Of a DNA stretch of 32,000 nt, positions 30,437 to 32,000 are shown one piece after another. The DNA comes from Candidatus Bathyarchaeia archaeon (lineage in GTDB: Archaea; Thermoproteota; Bathyarchaeia; 40CM-2-53-6). Both the position numbers and the translations under genes were made by a program. Below the pieces are notes generated by a model. The model ran no database searches. It was given only the letters and a program-made list of their open reading frames with translations, and was not told where the DNA came from. The stretch is taken from positions 65,417 through 97,416 of the forward strand of contig JBEKFP010000001.1 of NCBI GenBank assembly GCA_050013255.1, in the 5' to 3' direction. Each line of letters opens with the position of its first letter. Positions within the stretch are counted from its first letter, which is position 1.

Positions 30437-31821
30437 GCCCCCACGGTTTGCCGAAGCTTATCGGCGAGCATCTCGATGTCTCCGTGCGCGTGAACTTCCG
30501 TAAAGCAGTAAAGTGCTGTCTGGCCTAATTCCGGAAAATAAGCGCTCACGTCTAATCCGCCTTGGATCCCTGCCTTCAACAAGGCCTCATTTACCTCGGC
30601 TACTTTCTTCCCACATTTATCGAAGTTCACCGTGAACTCCATGAAGTGGAATGCCTCAAAACCCGGGGCTGACACCCCTCGGATTTTCCGTAACTGTTCA
30701 ATTGCGTACGAGGTCCTATCCAAGATTGTCGCGCAAAGCTCCCTCAAACCCTTCGGGCCTTGAAGAGCGAGGTACATTGCGGCAGCTAACGCCAAGAGAG
30801 CCTCATTTGTGCAAATGTTCGATGTGGCCTTCTCTCGACGAATGTGTTGCTCACGCGTTTGTAACGCCATGCAGTAGGCGTCCTGCTTACCATCTTGTGT
30901 TGTTGTTTTTCCGATGATTCGGCCTGGCATTTGCCTGAGGAGCGGATCGCCTTTGCATGCAAAAATGCCCAGTAGGGGCCCGCCATAGTTCATATGGTTA
31001 CCAAGCGGCTGCCCTTCACCAACAACTATGTCCGCGCCCACCTCTCCTGGTGCTTTCAAAACGCCTAGCGAGATAGGTTCGCATCCAACAAGAAATAGAG
31101 CCCCGCTCTTGTGGGCCAGTTGAGCTATCTCTTCGCACGACTGTTCAACGAAACCAAGAAACGACGGACATTCCAAGTAAACCCCGGCGGTACGGTCGGA
31201 CACCTTCCTCTTCAGATCGGTAAGGTCAACGGCCCCTGTCCGTTTATCCTGTTCAACCTCAACGATCTTGATGTCTGCAGGTTCGCAAAAAGTTCTCAGA
31301 GTTGAAAGACGTTCAGGGTGAATGAAGTGTGGCACAATGAACTCGGAACGGTGAGTCACTCTCGAAGCCATCCTAGCTGCCTCTCCCAGCGCAGTCGACC
31401 AATCGTACAGCGAGCTGTTGGAGTAGTCCATTGCGGTTAGCTCGCAGATCATGCTTTGATATTCGAACAAGGCTTGTAGCATTCCTTGCGAGATTTCCGG
31501 TTGGTATGGCGTGTAAGAGGTTAGGAATTCGCCTCTGCTGATAATCGCGTCCACCGCGGCTGGAACATGGTGCGGCCAGATACCCCCTCCGAGAAAAGAT
31601 AGCACATCACGGGTTGAGAGGTTCTTGTTCAGAAGCCCTTCGACATGACGTCTAGCCTCCATCTCCGAGAGCTTCGATGGAATCGCTAGGGAGCCCTTCG
31701 TTCGTACGGCAAGTGGGATGTCTTTGTAAAGGTCCTCAATTGTTCGAGCGCCAATCTCCTTGAGCATCTGGCGCGTAATGGATTCCTCAGCATTCGGAAT
31801 GTACGGATGAGGTTTCGACAA
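30433..31821 (-). CDS. gcvPA: Glycine dehydrogenase (decarboxylating) subunit 1 (P-protein alpha)
   Basis: 462 aa with a TTG start. The family-typical N-terminus is MSKPHPYIPN, and the sequence contains TSYTPYQPEISQGMLQALFEYQ. Confidence 0.95.
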   Translation of the reverse strand: MSKPHPYIPNAEESITRQMLKEIGARTIEDLYKDIPLAVRTKGSLAIPSKLSEMEARRHVEGLLNKNLSTRDVLSFLGGGIWPHHVPAAVDAIISRGEFLTSYTPYQPEISQGMLQALFEYQSMICELTAMDYSNSSLYDWSTALGEAARMASRVTHRSEFIVPHFIHPERLSTLRTFCEPADIKIVEVEQDKRTGAVDLTDLKRKVSDRTAGVYLECPSFLGFVEQSCEEIAQLAHKSGALFLVGCEPISLGVLKAPGEVGADIVVGEGQPLGNHMNYGGPLLGIFACKGDPLLRQMPGRIIGKTTTQDGKQDAYCMALQTREQHIRREKATSNICTNEALLALAAAMYLALQGPKGLRELCATILDRTSYAIEQLRKIRGVSAPGFEAFHFMEFTVNFDKCGKKVAEVNEALLKAGIQGGLDVSAYFPELGQTALYCFTEVHAHGDIEMLADKLRQTVGA

Positions 31822-31856
31822 GTTATCGCGTCCTCGCGCCGGCCTTTACCTGTTGT

Positions 31857-31866
31857 ACATATTATT
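31857..31866 (-). promoter_or_regulatory. Candidate TATA box for the gcvPA-gcvPB(-moaD-like) transcription unit
   Basis: The gene-sense sequence CCGAATAATATGTACAAC lies about 40-45 nt upstream of the TTG at 31821. Confidence 0.25.
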
Positions 31867-31895
31867 CGGTTTTGGTCATCTGAGAGAATGGGAAA

Positions 31896-32000
31896 TCATT
31901 CATCGTTCAGATTCATGCTAGAGGCTACCTTCAGTTCTTCCGGGATTCCTATTCTACGCTTAAACTCGTAGATTGTCTTAGTTGTGGAGATCGGCTTTGT
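31896..32000 (-). CDS. 3' end of an unidentified gene running off the right edge
   Basis: This is the only open minus-strand frame at the right edge. It reads ...TKPISTTKTIYEFKRRIGIPEELKVASSMNLNDE*, with the TGA at 31898-31896. I recognise no family. It is co-directional with the gcvP genes. Confidence 0.3.
   Translation of the reverse strand, partial: TKPISTTKTIYEFKRRIGIPEELKVASSMNLNDE

Noticed and set aside
1-32000. A search for CRISPR arrays, IS elements, integrases, toxin-antitoxin pairs, restriction-modification systems or other defence islands.
   Set aside because: I saw no regularly spaced direct repeats, terminal inverted repeats, transposase/integrase-like ORFs or defence-type gene pairs. 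The window consists of core metabolic, translation and maturation genes.

Overview
This is a gene-dense archaeal chromosomal segment of roughly 50% GC. I call about 36 protein genes and one tRNA. I saw no rRNA, CRISPR array, transposase, integrase or long repeat. The archaeal origin rests on topoisomerase VI A/B, aIF-1A, aIF-2beta, a RIO kinase, a KH/Dim2 protein, A/V-type ATPase subunit I and BHB-type tRNA introns. The multi-intron tRNA suggests a TACK/Thermoproteota-like lineage, but that is inference only.

Gene content from left to right:
- moeA (5' part, running off the left edge), a small zinc-ribbon membrane protein, a triple-intron tRNA and a GNAT acetyltransferase.
- An AbrB-PhoU regulator, a class I/II aminotransferase and a Cys-rich ORF.
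- A tightly coupled five-gene operon: a ferritin-like protein followed by 2-oxoacid:ferredoxin oxidoreductase delta, alpha, beta and gamma subunits.
- A minus-strand hypC, unknown gene, MFS transporter unit, divergent from hypB-hypA.
- A second AbrB-PhoU paralog, then an ADP-forming acyl-CoA synthetase alpha subunit.
- A protein with four CBS domains fused to an HPF/RaiA-like domain, then an isolated atpI.
- A TrmB-family regulator, a luciferase-like oxidoreductase and a membrane protein.
- top6A/top6B, then the conserved KH/Dim2, Rio1, aIF-1A, DUF424, aIF-2beta block.
- metG, a PHP phosphoesterase, a MoaD/ThiS-type ubiquitin-like protein and gcvPB/gcvPA.

Most noteworthy observations:
1. A CBS-domain protein with a C-terminal domain that reads like a bacterial ribosome hibernation factor. 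It is a candidate energy-sensing hibernation factor.
2. An uncharacterised protein with a HypC-like C-terminal domain, lying inside the hyp cluster.
3. A tRNA-Asn(GUU) interrupted by three introns. One intron carries a decoy Phe-like anticodon loop.

About half of the genes appear to start with TTG or GTG. All homology statements come from reading the translations by eye; no searches were run.
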